Assembly (NCBI GenBank): GCA_050953065.1 | Contig: JBMNLZ010000002.1 | Coordinates: 288,001-352,000, forward strand | From: Bacilli bacterium | GTDB taxonomy: Bacteria; Bacillota_I; Bacilli_A; ML615J-28; CAG-698 | DNA: 64,000 nt | Direction of reading: 5' to 3' | Made by a program: the position numbers and the translations under genes | Shown: one piece after another, positions 1-10,048 of the stretch | Position numbering within the stretch: the first letter of the stretch is position 1 | How the letters are laid out: each line of letters starts with the position of its first letter | Notes under the pieces: model-generated | What the model was told of the DNA's origin: nothing | The model's input: only the letters and a program-made list of their open reading frames with translations | Databases searched by the model: none

Positions 1-3000
1 AACGATGATGTATATGAAGAGTTTGATTATATGATGGATAAAATTGTGTATGATATCCGTACCTTAAATAGTAATAATAAATTGCCAAAAGTAAATCTAA
101 TAGCACATAGTAGAGGAGGGCTTACGGCATTGCAGTATACTTTTGATCATTCTGCACTTGTTGAAAATGTTTTTACGATTGGGGCACCATTTTCAGGTTC
201 TAATTTAGGAGAATCAGATTTATTACTTAATATGATCTTTCCGACAGTAGATGCTGGGATAGCTGATATTTTGAATGATAATTTATACAGCGCTTACAAA
301 ACTAGATGGAATGAAAATTATGATTTTTTATACGATAATATTAATTTTAATGCCATTGGTAGTTATTCTTCAATAGATTTTATTGCTAATATGCTCGCAA
401 ATAATAATTATAATATTCCTTTATGGGTAGGCGAAATGATAGCGATGTTAAATAATGAAGTTAAAATAGTTGAAAATATTATTATTGGAATAACTGCATT
501 AATAGGAAAACTTGCTCCCGAGTCTGATGTTAGCGTTGCAATAACTACACTAACTGATTCAATAAAACCAGAATCATTTATTGATTTTTGCACAGGGAGG
601 TTAGTAATTGAAGATGATTTATTTGTTGACTTAAATTCACAATTAGGTATTGGTTATGAAGGATTTAAAACTTATAGAAAATGTTTTGAAATAGATAATT
701 GTAATCTAAAAAAAGTTGCACAAGCTAATACAGCAATTCCGCATAATCTTGAAACTAGAGATAATTGTATTATAAATTATATAATTAAAAATATAACAAT
801 GACTAATAAAAGTAATTCTGATTATGAAGTATATTTAGTTAATAATAATTCAGTTGGAATTAGAAATTATTTAGGTAATTCAGTAAACAGCACTTTGGTA
901 ATTCCGTCTTCTTTAGGAGGGAAAAATGTTGTAGAAATTGGCGAATTTGCCTTTTCGAATTTAATCAAAAATGACATTATTGATACAATTTATATACCTA
1001 CAAGTGTGTATAGAATTAAAAAATGTGCATTTGAAAAATGTGAAAATTTGGTAAATATTATGTTCCCATCAGTATCAAATGTTGAATATATTGGAGACTC
1101 TGCTTTTCTAGGTTGCATTAATTTATCAAGTATAAATTTGCCAGATTCGTTGATATCAATAGGAGATAATTGTTTTTATGGTTGTATTAATTTAGTTAGT
1201 TTCTCTATAGGCAGCGAATTATCTTATATAGGTGAAGCAGCATTTGCGTATTGTAAATTAAATACGATTGAAATAGATGTTGAAAATACGAATTTTAATT
1301 ATTCTAACAATGTTTTATATAATGGAATGCAAAGCAAAATAATATATTCTAACATAACTTCTAGTGTTTTTGTAGTGCCCGATTCTGTTTTTGAAATAGG
1401 GAAATATTCATTTTATAATAATGATAACATCCTAGAATTAAACTTAAATAATGTAAGTGTTATAGGTGAATATGCTTTTGCAGACTGTACAAATTTATTA
1501 AATTTAGTTAGTGGTGGCAATATAAGTATTGCTAGTAAAAGTTCATTTACTAATACTGCATGGTTAGACAGTAGCGATATAAAGATAATTGACAAAGTGT
1601 TAGTAAAATATAGTGATGAAGATAATACGTACTATTCAACACCTTCTCAAATTGAGTATATTGCAAAAAATGCTTTTTATAGTTTTGCTTTAAAAAATAT
1701 TATTTTAAACGAAAATATAAATGTTATTGATGAGATGAGTTTTCTATCTTGTATAAATTTAGAAAATGTTTATTTTTTACGACAAACACCTTGTGTTTTA
1801 TATAATAATAGTTTTTCTAATGAAAATTTAACAATGTATGTGCCGAAAGTTAGTTACAATACTTATAAAAATAATATTATGTATTATAACTATTCACCAA
1901 ATATAGAAACAAAAGATGTGATTGTTAATTTGTACGATGAGGAGTTAAAAATCAAATCTATAGTATTGAGTTTTGGCTCTATTATACAAGATATTGATCA
2001 AGGAGCAAAAATTGGTTATATATTTGATGGCTGGGAAAATTCAGATACTAATATTATTTATAATAAGGGCTCATATTTTGATATATTATCTGATTTAGTA
2101 GATTTAAAAATGGTATTTTCTCCAAATGAATATATTATTTACTTAAATGTTGAAAACACAATTGATGGTTTGCAAGAAATATCATATGATGAAAGAATAA
2201 GTTTACCTATTCCAGAAAAAAATGGATCTAATTTCATTGGGTGGTATGATGGACCGGGTCTAGAATATACAAGATATACGAATGAAAATGGGTTAATGCT
2301 TGTACAATGGAATAATCTTGATGATTGTGTTTTATATGCTGTTTTTCAGCCTATATCATATCAAATAAACTATGTTTTGAATGGTGGATCAATGGGAATC
2401 AATAATCCTCCAACGTATAATACTGGAGATACGATTGTTTTGAGTGAACCAATAAAATATGGTTATTATTTCATTGGGTGGAGTATAAACGATACTATTA
2501 CAAATATTATAACTCCAAATATGAGTGGTAATATTACAGCGACTGCAATTTGGACCGGCGATGAGGTTGAACTAATTGGTTTACATAGTAGTTATACTAT
2601 CTCGCACATAGCTGAAATTATTGATATTGATAACTTGTCAACGCCTGATTCAGGAATACTATTTACTATTCCTAGTAATACTTTGCAAGTAACATTTGTT
2701 AGAAATAATTCGGCGCCTATTAGGGTTTCAATAAAAATAAATAATCGCTCAAGTGATTTGATTATTAATCTTGAAGGGGTTAATTTTATAGCCCCAGAAG
2801 GTAAACATTGTATTGACGGTGGTTTGTGTAATTATACTTTAAGATTAAATTGTAAAAGCAATAATTCTATTACAGGTGGTGTAGGATTATTTGATGATTT
2901 AAATAACGGATTATCTGGTTATTATGGAATATTAGCTTATAAATTGATAATAACTGCATCAAGTTCAAATGCTCAACTTTTAATTACAGGCGGAAGTGGT

Positions 3001-4842
3001 AGAAATGGTGTAAATGGAATTTCAGGTGAAGATGGAGCTGATGGTGAAGAAGGGCCTAGCGGTTCATTTCTTAATCCAGGGCAAGGTGATCATGGAGTCG
3101 ATGGGACTGATGGAACTAACGGAACACATGGTGGCCATGGTGGATTTGCTGTTTATACTATATCAAGTTTTGCATATTATAATTGTGACCTAGTATTGGT
3201 TGGCGGATCAGGTGGATCAGGCGGAACAGGTGGGACAGGTGGATCTGGTGGAGCAGGAGCTGATGATGACAATAGTTCTATTTTTAATGGTGTTGGTTAT
3301 CCAGGCAATGGTGGCAATGGCGGCAATGGTGGTAATGGTGGTAATTCTGGTAGCGGTCAGGATGCTTGTAATTCTGTAATCAGTGGTATTACTATAACAA
3401 AAGGGGTAGATGGGTTAATTGGTGCTGGTGGACTAGGTGGATTAGGTGGTGCTGGTGGTGATGCAGGTGAAAGCGGTGAAGATGGCAATCCAGGAATGCA
3501 AGGAACAAATGGTTCGATGGGATTGCTAGTATCATATTATTTTGCTAAATTGCATTGTAAAGTTGATACCGTTAAAACAAATACTTATAAAACGATACCA
3601 TTGAATGGAAATTGTGAAACATATATTGAAATTATAATTGAATGTTCTGGTGTGTATAATTTTAAAACTTCATCTAGTTGTGGGTCAACATTGATATTGT
3701 ATGATTTTATAAAAAATGAAATTACTGATATTAATAAATATTTTATAGATAATAATAATGGTAACACAGATATGTCTATATACTCATCATTATCTACAGG
3801 AAAATATTATTTAAAAGTTATTAACAACGACAGCAATGGAAGTATGACATCAAATATTAGATTGGATTTTAAATATAATTCTTCTAACACTAAAACAATC
3901 AACCTAGATCAACAAATAGATGTAATGGAACATTTGCATATTGGTTCTAATGAATATTTATTTAAAACGTCTAATTCAGGCTTATATTATATAAACCTTG
4001 AGGCAATAACACCTTTAGGAGCAACTTTTCCACTAGGTACTATTGAAGTTTATTATGGAGATATTATAATTAATAAAATTAATATAAATAATTATGTAAA
4101 TGATGCAAAAAGCATTTTAAACTCAAGTAACTTATGTTTTTATGCAAATAGACTTCAGACATATAAAATTAAAATAAACTTTAATCAATATTATGTTGAT
4201 CATTTATATTTAACAATAAACAGTATAGAGCAAACTGCTTGTACTTTAAATGATGGATACAATTTAAATGAATCGATTATTTTTGGCGATAATTTAAAGG
4301 AAAAAATTATTATAGGATCTTGTGATTATATATTTACTCTAGATTATAGTGGGAGCGATATAGAGAATACCGTATTCTATGTATTAAGAAAAACTAATAC
4401 TGGGATTGAATATCTTACTTCAGTTTCTTTCAATGCATCAAGTGATACTATGAAACATAAAGTATTCAATCTACCCCTTCAAAATGGGGATATAGTATAT
4501 ATTGGTTATTTAGATGGAAAGGGTAACGGTTCGCTAAATGTATCAATTTGTAGAAATATTGAAACAAATTTTGATATAATAACTGATCCAATTTTAGGTT
4601 GTCCTGTAGGTTCAGAAGTAACTTTAAATAACGGTAGTTATGGCGGGACAATTATACATCAAGGATATACTAGGCTTTGTTATTTAGGTTCCAATGCTCC
4701 TGACACCTCATCTAGATTAAATTATGATTGGGTTTCAACGGATAGCTCAATTGCTAAAGTGAGTGCTTATGGGACTATAACGGCAATTTCATCTGGTAAG
4801 GTTAAAATTCTTGCTATATATAAACAAGATAGAAAAAAATAG
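1..4842 (+). CDS. Giant multidomain surface/secreted protein, 5' partial: alpha/beta-hydrolase (lipase/PGAP1-like), BspA-type LRRs, InlB-B/Listeria-Bacteroides repeats, Gly-rich region, C-terminal Ig-like (Big_2) repeat
   Basis: Frame is open from base 1. Motifs: AHSRGG nucleophile elbow and TIGAPFSGS; IGxxAFxxCxNL LRRs; GYxFxGW repeats; GxxGxx/GGxGGx tracts; WVSTDSSIAKVSAYGTITA. Confidence 0.8.
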   Translation, partial: NDDVYEEFDYMMDKIVYDIRTLNSNNKLPKVNLIAHSRGGLTALQYTFDHSALVENVFTIGAPFSGSNLGESDLLLNMIFPTVDAGIADILNDNLYSAYKTRWNENYDFLYDNINFNAIGSYSSIDFIANMLANNNYNIPLWVGEMIAMLNNEVKIVENIIIGITALIGKLAPESDVSVAITTLTDSIKPESFIDFCTGRLVIEDDLFVDLNSQLGIGYEGFKTYRKCFEIDNCNLKKVAQANTAIPHNLETRDNCIINYIIKNITMTNKSNSDYEVYLVNNNSVGIRNYLGNSVNSTLVIPSSLGGKNVVEIGEFAFSNLIKNDIIDTIYIPTSVYRIKKCAFEKCENLVNIMFPSVSNVEYIGDSAFLGCINLSSINLPDSLISIGDNCFYGCINLVSFSIGSELSYIGEAAFAYCKLNTIEIDVENTNFNYSNNVLYNGMQSKIIYSNITSSVFVVPDSVFEIGKYSFYNNDNILELNLNNVSVIGEYAFADCTNLLNLVSGGNISIASKSSFTNTAWLDSSDIKIIDKVLVKYSDEDNTYYSTPSQIEYIAKNAFYSFALKNIILNENINVIDEMSFLSCINLENVYFLRQTPCVLYNNSFSNENLTMYVPKVSYNTYKNNIMYYNYSPNIETKDVIVNLYDEELKIKSIVLSFGSIIQDIDQGAKIGYIFDGWENSDTNIIYNKGSYFDILSDLVDLKMVFSPNEYIIYLNVENTIDGLQEISYDERISLPIPEKNGSNFIGWYDGPGLEYTRYTNENGLMLVQWNNLDDCVLYAVFQPISYQINYVLNGGSMGINNPPTYNTGDTIVLSEPIKYGYYFIGWSINDTITNIITPNMSGNITATAIWTGDEVELIGLHSSYTISHIAEIIDIDNLSTPDSGILFTIPSNTLQVTFVRNNSAPIRVSIKINNRSSDLIINLEGVNFIAPEGKHCIDGGLCNYTLRLNCKSNNSITGGVGLFDDLNNGLSGYYGILAYKLIITASSSNAQLLITGGSGRNGVNGISGEDGADGEEGPSGSFLNPGQGDHGVDGTDGTNGTHGGHGGFAVYTISSFAYYNCDLVLVGGSGGSGGTGGTGGSGGAGADDDNSSIFNGVGYPGNGGNGGNGGNGGNSGSGQDACNSVISGITITKGVDGLIGAGGLGGLGGAGGDAGESGEDGNPGMQGTNGSMGLLVSYYFAKLHCKVDTVKTNTYKTIPLNGNCETYIEIIIECSGVYNFKTSSSCGSTLILYDFIKNEITDINKYFIDNNNGNTDMSIYSSLSTGKYYLKVINNDSNGSMTSNIRLDFKYNSSNTKTINLDQQIDVMEHLHIGSNEYLFKTSNSGLYYINLEAITPLGATFPLGTIEVYYGDIIINKININNYVNDAKSILNSSNLCFYANRLQTYKIKINFNQYYVDHLYLTINSIEQTACTLNDGYNLNESIIFGDNLKEKIIIGSCDYIFTLDYSGSDIENTVFYVLRKTNTGIEYLTSVSFNASSDTMKHKVFNLPLQNGDIVYIGYLDGKGNGSLNVSICRNIETNFDIITDPILGCPVGSEVTLNNGSYGGTIIHQGYTRLCYLGSNAPDTSSRLNYDWVSTDSSIAKVSAYGTITAISSGKVKILAIYKQDRKK
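3304..3345 (+). repeat. 9-bp tandem repeat (GGYAATGGY) encoding GNG units
   Basis: ggcaatggt ggcaatggc ggcaatggt ggtaatggt ggtaat. Confidence 0.8.
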
Positions 4843-4844
4843 GT

Positions 4845-5216
4845 ATGGTTGAAATAGATGTCGTAGGAGTTCAAAATACTGTTATAACTTATCTAAAGTA
4901 TGGAATGGACGTTAGAATTGGTGGCACTATTAGTGGTACTGAAGTTACTAGTGGATTAGGAGTTCCTATTCAAGTTTCGGAAAATCCTGATGTGAGTATA
5001 CATGTTGGAAAAACTAGACTAATATGTTTGGGCGAAGATAGTCCTTCTTCCAGTATCCAAGATTTTACTTGGAATACAAGCGATGCTAGTGTTGCTAGTG
5101 TTTCTGTATATGGAACAATTATTGCAAATAGTGCAAGTTCAAACAAGGTTATAATTACAGGAATATATAAGTATAATCAATATTTTAGGGTATATATAGA
5201 AATTAAAGTAATTTAA
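4845..5216 (+). CDS. Ig-like (Big_2) domain, probably the frameshifted C-terminus of the upstream giant protein
   Basis: Paralogous to the last domain of ORF 1..4842. One extra A in the A7 run (4833-4839) fuses the two frames. Confidence 0.7.
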   Translation: MVEIDVVGVQNTVITYLKYGMDVRIGGTISGTEVTSGLGVPIQVSENPDVSIHVGKTRLICLGEDSPSSSIQDFTWNTSDASVASVSVYGTIIANSASSNKVIITGIYKYNQYFRVYIEIKVI

Positions 5217-5768
5217 AAATTAAAGTAACAAATAATGAATTCTATGAAATGTTAAAAATTATAATTAATATTCTAAAGATTTTTACATAATCATCACATA
5301 AAGGTTCCTATGTAGAAGATTGGGGTTAAAAAAGTACTCTATGTTAGTGAGTGTGGACTATTTTAAGGATTCGTTATACCACATTTTCTACATTATAAAA
5401 AGAGTTCTTTATAATATTATTTTAGCGATATTATAAAATTTAGAATGGATTTCTTATGGAATACAATATAGTAAATGAAAGAATTCCATTCTTTATTTTG
5501 AAGAGAGTTATTAAAAGTATAATATAGTGGGGTTGCTTTTTTATGAAAATAAATATCTATGAAAATATTTAAATGGTCCCAAAGAAATTCATAGGTATAT
5601 ATCCAAATGACTAACTTTTTCATATACTCAAAAAAAGTAAGTATTTAAAATTAAGAAAACTTGATAGGTCATATCTTTTTGGGGGCTAGTGAAATTAGTA
5701 AAGCTACAGAACCGCTTATTTCTTTTGATAGAAGAAACTTCTATAAACCAAAAATATAGTTTGATTTT

Positions 5769-5800
5769 AAACACACATTTTTAAAAGAAATGTGTGTTTT
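5769..5800. terminator. Hairpin/intrinsic terminator upstream of the serC promoter
   Basis: aaacacacattt / aaatgtgtgttt inverted repeat. Confidence 0.55.
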
Positions 5801-5854
5801 ATTTAAAAAAGTAAGCGTTTAAAATTTAGGTAAACAATTTCATTTCTAAATTAG

Positions 5855-5883
5855 TTGACTTTAAACTTTACTAACCTTATAAT
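5855..5883 (+). promoter_or_regulatory. SigA-type promoter of serC-serA
   Basis: TTGACT-17 nt-TATAAT. Confidence 0.75.
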
Positions 5884-5909
5884 TAAAATTGTTTAAGGAG
5901 GACATTAAT

Positions 5910-6992
5910 ATGAAACGTGTGTACAATTTTTCAGCCGGACCAGCGGTATTACCAGAAGAGGTTTTAAAAGAAGCAGCGAGTGAAATGCTTAATTATCAAG
6001 ACTCTGGAATGAGTGTTATGGAGATGAGTCATAGAACAAAACTATATGATAGTATCATCAAAACTGCAGAACAAGATTTAAGAGATTTGATGAATATTCC
6101 TGATAATTATAAAGTTTTGTTTCTTCAAGGCGGAGCATCGCTTCAATTTGCGATGGTGCCTATGAATATCATGAAAAATAAAGTTGGTAATTATATCATT
6201 ACAGGGCAATGGGCAAAGAAGGCTTTCCAAGAAGGAAAGAAATTTGGAAGAGTAAAAGCTTTGGCTTCATCTGAGGATAAGGTCTTTAGCTATATTCCTG
6301 ATTGCTCTAATTTAGATATTGATAGTGATGCAGACTATGTTTGGATTTGTGAGAACAATACAATTTATGGAACTAAGTTTAAAGAATTACCTAATACTAA
6401 AGGTAAAGTGTTAGTTTCTGATATGTCTTCTTGTATTTTATCAGAACCAGTTGATGTAACTAAGTATGGAGTTATTTTTGCTGGAGTTCAAAAAAATATT
6501 GGACCAGCAGGAGTTGTTGTCGTTATTATTAGAGAAGACTTAATTTATAAAGAGGGATTAGACAATGTTCCAACAATGATGCAGTATTTTATTCATTCTG
6601 AAAATGAATCTTTATACAATACTCCACCAACTTATGGAATTTATATTTGTGGGAAAGTATTTAAATGGCTTAAAAAATTAGGTGGACTTGAAAAGATGAA
6701 AGAGATTAATGAAAAGAAAGCTAAAATTCTTTATGACTTTTTAGATAGTAGTAAATTATTTAAAGGAACTGTAGTAAAAAAAGATAGATCTTTAATGAAT
6801 GTACCATTCATTACTGGCAATGAAGAACTAGATGCTAAGTTTGTAAAAGAAGCTAAAGCAGCAGGACTTGAAAACTTAAAAGGACACCGTTCAGTTGGTG
6901 GAATGAGAGCAAGCATTTATAATGCTATGCCAATTGAAGGAGTTATTGCTTTAGTTGAATTCATGAAAAAATTTGAAAAGGAGAATTCATAA
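5910..6992 (+). CDS. serC: Phosphoserine aminotransferase
   Basis: VYNFSAGPA, SVMEMSHR, AGVQKNIGPAG, GHRSVGGMRASIYNA. AAGGAGG RBS precedes ATG 5910. Confidence 0.97.
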   Translation: MKRVYNFSAGPAVLPEEVLKEAASEMLNYQDSGMSVMEMSHRTKLYDSIIKTAEQDLRDLMNIPDNYKVLFLQGGASLQFAMVPMNIMKNKVGNYIITGQWAKKAFQEGKKFGRVKALASSEDKVFSYIPDCSNLDIDSDADYVWICENNTIYGTKFKELPNTKGKVLVSDMSSCILSEPVDVTKYGVIFAGVQKNIGPAGVVVVIIREDLIYKEGLDNVPTMMQYFIHSENESLYNTPPTYGIYICGKVFKWLKKLGGLEKMKEINEKKAKILYDFLDSSKLFKGTVVKKDRSLMNVPFITGNEELDAKFVKEAKAAGLENLKGHRSVGGMRASIYNAMPIEGVIALVEFMKKFEKENS

Positions 6993-6996
6993 GTCA

Positions 6997-8160
6997 ATGT
7001 TTAATGTAAAATATTTAAATCCTATTTCTGAGAAGGGGAAAAAACTTTTTACTTCAAAATACAAAGAAGTAAATAATTGGGAAGATGCTAATCTTGCTTT
7101 AGTAAGAAGTGCAGCAATGCATGATTTAGAAATTCCTAAAGGCTTAGATGCAATTGCAAGAGCTGGAGCTGGTGTTAATAATATTCCACTTGAAAGATGT
7201 GCAGAAAAAGGAATCGTTGTTTTTAATACACCTGGTGCTAATGCTAATGGTGTTAAAGAATTAGTGGTTGCAGGAATGTTACTTTCTGCAAGAGATATTG
7301 TTGGTGGGATTAATTGGGTTAATGCTAATAAAGGTGAGGCTGAAATTGCTAAACTTGTAGAAAAAGAAAAAGCTAAATTTGCAGGAACTGAAATTTTGGA
7401 CAAGTCAGTTGGTGTAATTGGACTTGGTGCCATTGGAATTTTAGTTGCTAATGCTTTAGTTGGTATGGGAATGAAAGTATATGGATATGATCCATTTATT
7501 TCAATTGACCATGCTTGGAGCCTATCAAGAAGTGTAATTCATGCTATGAGCTTAGAAGAAGTTTATGAAAATTGTGATTATATTACAGTCCATGTTCCTT
7601 TAGTTGATTCAACTAAAGAAATGATTAACAAAACATCTATTGCTAAAATGAAACAAGGTGTTGTAATTTTAAACTTTGCCAGAGATTTACTTGTAAATGA
7701 TCTTGATATTGAACAAGCTTTAAAAGTAGGAAAGGTTAAAAAATACGTTACCGATTTTCCAAATGTTAAAACAGCTAATATGGAAGGTGTAATTGCAATT
7801 CCTCATCTTGGAGCTTCAACTGAAGAATCAGAAGATAACTGTGCAGTAATGGCTATTAAACAAGCAATGGATTATCTTGAAAATGGAAATATTACTAACT
7901 CAGTTAACTATCCAAACTGTGATGCTGGGATTTGTATGACAGAAGGTAGAATTGCAATTTGTCATAGAAATATTCCAAATATGATTAATCAACTAACAAC
8001 TATTATTAATACTTACAATATTAATATTTCTAATATGACTAATAAAAGTAAAGGAAACTTTGCATATACTTTATTTGATATAGATGCAAAATCAACTCCT
8101 GAGATTAAAGAAAAGTTAGAAAAAGTAAGTGATGTCTTAAAGGTAAGAATCTTAAAATAA
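6997..8160 (+). CDS. serA: D-3-phosphoglycerate dehydrogenase with C-terminal ACT domain
   Basis: ARAGAGVNNIP, GVIGLGAIG, PHLGASTEESE; operonic with serC. Confidence 0.93.
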   Translation: MFNVKYLNPISEKGKKLFTSKYKEVNNWEDANLALVRSAAMHDLEIPKGLDAIARAGAGVNNIPLERCAEKGIVVFNTPGANANGVKELVVAGMLLSARDIVGGINWVNANKGEAEIAKLVEKEKAKFAGTEILDKSVGVIGLGAIGILVANALVGMGMKVYGYDPFISIDHAWSLSRSVIHAMSLEEVYENCDYITVHVPLVDSTKEMINKTSIAKMKQGVVILNFARDLLVNDLDIEQALKVGKVKKYVTDFPNVKTANMEGVIAIPHLGASTEESEDNCAVMAIKQAMDYLENGNITNSVNYPNCDAGICMTEGRIAICHRNIPNMINQLTTIINTYNINISNMTNKSKGNFAYTLFDIDAKSTPEIKEKLEKVSDVLKVRILK

Positions 8161-8237
8161 TATGTAAGTAAGTTTAAAAAAAATGTAAGATATATAAAAG
8201 GTATTTACGAAAGTAGGAAAATATTATATTATAAAGT

Positions 8238-8362
8238 TGTCCTAATTTATTTAGGACCTTTCAATAAGTATGTCTACTGTGAAGTAGACTCTCTCTCTCT
8301 CTTTCTTATTTCCTACTATTTTTGAAAAAGACGCTTAAACAATTTGCTTAAGTGTCTTTTTT
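8238..8362 (+). ncRNA. Candidate small regulatory RNA: two hairpins, CU-rich tract, terminator
   Basis: Putative promoter TTTACG-17-TATTAT (8204-8232); hairpins gtcctaa/ttaggac and gtctac/gtagac; (CT)7 tract; terminator 8325-8362. Confidence 0.45.
8325..8362 (+). terminator. Intrinsic terminator
   Basis: aaaaagacgcttaa / ttaagtgtctttttt. Confidence 0.7.
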
Positions 8363-8478
8363 ATTTTCTTCTTTTTAATAACTTTAAAAAAACTTTAGTT
8401 GATCTTAACAATTTCTTGTTATTAAAAGAAAGATAAGGTAAAATATAAATAGTATAATTTATATTAAAAAGGGAAAGT

Positions 8479-9180
8479 ATGAAAGAAATATTAATTAATG
8501 TAAGAGAAGAATTATTAAAAAACAAAGAAGAAAAAAAGAGATTAGAAAGATTCTTTAAAGAAGAAGTAAATATATTAGGAGTAAAAACTACTACGGTCAA
8601 TAAAATTTCTACTAAATACTTTAAACTTATAAAGAATAAAAGTAAAAAGGAAATTTTTTCTTTATGCGAAGAACTTTTTAAAAGTGGAATTTTAGAAGAA
8701 TGTTTTATTGCTTGTAATTGGGCATATAACTTAAGAAAAAACTATGAGAAAAAAGATTTTGAAATCTTTGAAAAATGGGTTGACCTTTATATTACTAATT
8801 GGGCAGTTTGTGATAGTTTTTGTACGCGTACAATGAGTGAAGTGATAATCAGATTTCCTGAAGTAATGCTTAAATTAAAACTTTGGACAAAGTCAAACAA
8901 CAGATGGGTAAGAAGAGCTGTAGCAGTATCTTTAATTGGTCTTGCTAAAAAAGGATTATGCTTAAAAGATATTTTTGAGATAACTGATATGTTGCTTTTA
9001 GATCAAGATGATTTAGTTCAAAAAGGCTATGGTTGGTTATTAAAGGTTGCTAGTAAGGTTTATCAAAGGGAAGTCTTTGAATATGTTTTAAATAAAAAGG
9101 AAATTATGCCTAGGACTTCATTAAGATATGCAATTGAAAAAATGCCTAAAGAGTTAAAAGAAATAGCGATGAAAAGGTAA
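8479..9180 (+). CDS. DNA alkylation repair protein (AlkD-like HEAT-repeat family)
   Basis: ITNWAVCD, WTKSNNRWVRRA, DDLVQKGYGWLLK, RTSLRYAIEK. Confidence 0.88.
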   Translation: MKEILINVREELLKNKEEKKRLERFFKEEVNILGVKTTTVNKISTKYFKLIKNKSKKEIFSLCEELFKSGILEECFIACNWAYNLRKNYEKKDFEIFEKWVDLYITNWAVCDSFCTRTMSEVIIRFPEVMLKLKLWTKSNNRWVRRAVAVSLIGLAKKGLCLKDIFEITDMLLLDQDDLVQKGYGWLLKVASKVYQREVFEYVLNKKEIMPRTSLRYAIEKMPKELKEIAMKR

Positions 9181-9190
9181 GGAGAACAAA

Positions 9191-9859
9191 ATGATAAAAG
9201 TAAGAATAGCATCATATGTAATATTACTTGTTGCGATAATTAATTTTATTTTACCAGTTTTAATTTTTTTAGGTATAAGTGCTGGTTATATAGATTTTAA
9301 TGATAGTATCTATCCAAACAATATTGTTTATTATTTTCTTTATAAACTCATAATATACTTAGTAATTTTAATTTTTTTAATTTTTTTAAAAAAAGAATTT
9401 GGTCAAGAAAATAATGTATCTAGTGTCGTTGCGTTTTTATTTTTAGGGATTACTATTATTTTTTATTTTATGATTATGATTAGTGCTTTTACTAATCCTT
9501 TGTTTAATACAAGTATTGGGGCTTTAATTCCAATTTCAGTTGTTCATTATATAGAGGTTTTTTTAAATATTCCGATTATGATTATGATTGCTGATATTTA
9601 TAAAAGAGGGACTGTTATAATTTCTACTATGGCAATTATTGTTGTTAGGATAGCTATGTATCCTGTTATTGGAGGAATTGCTTTTATATTGTTTTTGATA
9701 TGGTTACCAACCAGAGTAACAAGTCTTGTAAATGAGATTATGGGAATGTGGTTTAGTTTGTTATCAATAGAGGCTTTTGTGTTGTTGGCTTTTGCAGTTT
9801 TTGTTTTTAAAGGCACTAAAAAACTTACAAAAGAAGCTGTGATAGATTCTAATTTTTAA
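9191..9859 (+). CDS. Hypothetical multi-pass membrane protein
   Basis: About six hydrophobic segments; AAGGAG RBS. Confidence 0.7.
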   Translation: MIKVRIASYVILLVAIINFILPVLIFLGISAGYIDFNDSIYPNNIVYYFLYKLIIYLVILIFLIFLKKEFGQENNVSSVVAFLFLGITIIFYFMIMISAFTNPLFNTSIGALIPISVVHYIEVFLNIPIMIMIADIYKRGTVIISTMAIIVVRIAMYPVIGGIAFILFLIWLPTRVTSLVNEIMGMWFSLLSIEAFVLLAFAVFVFKGTKKLTKEAVIDSNF

Positions 9860-9962
9860 GAAAAAAAGAATACATAAACTCTAATTTAATAGTTAAAAGG
9901 TAATTTAAGGAACTTATTTTATTAATAAAGGATTAAAAAAGACTAAATAAAAAATATTTCTA

Positions 9963-9991
9963 TTGAAACTGTCGATTAAAAGTGATATAAT
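9963..9991 (+). promoter_or_regulatory. SigA-type promoter with extended -10
   Basis: TTGAAA-17-TATAAT with TG. Confidence 0.7.
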
Positions 9992-10048
9992 ATGAATGCT
10001 ATAAAAAATATGCATGTCGTATAACAGTGCAAAAAAGGAGTGGAAATA

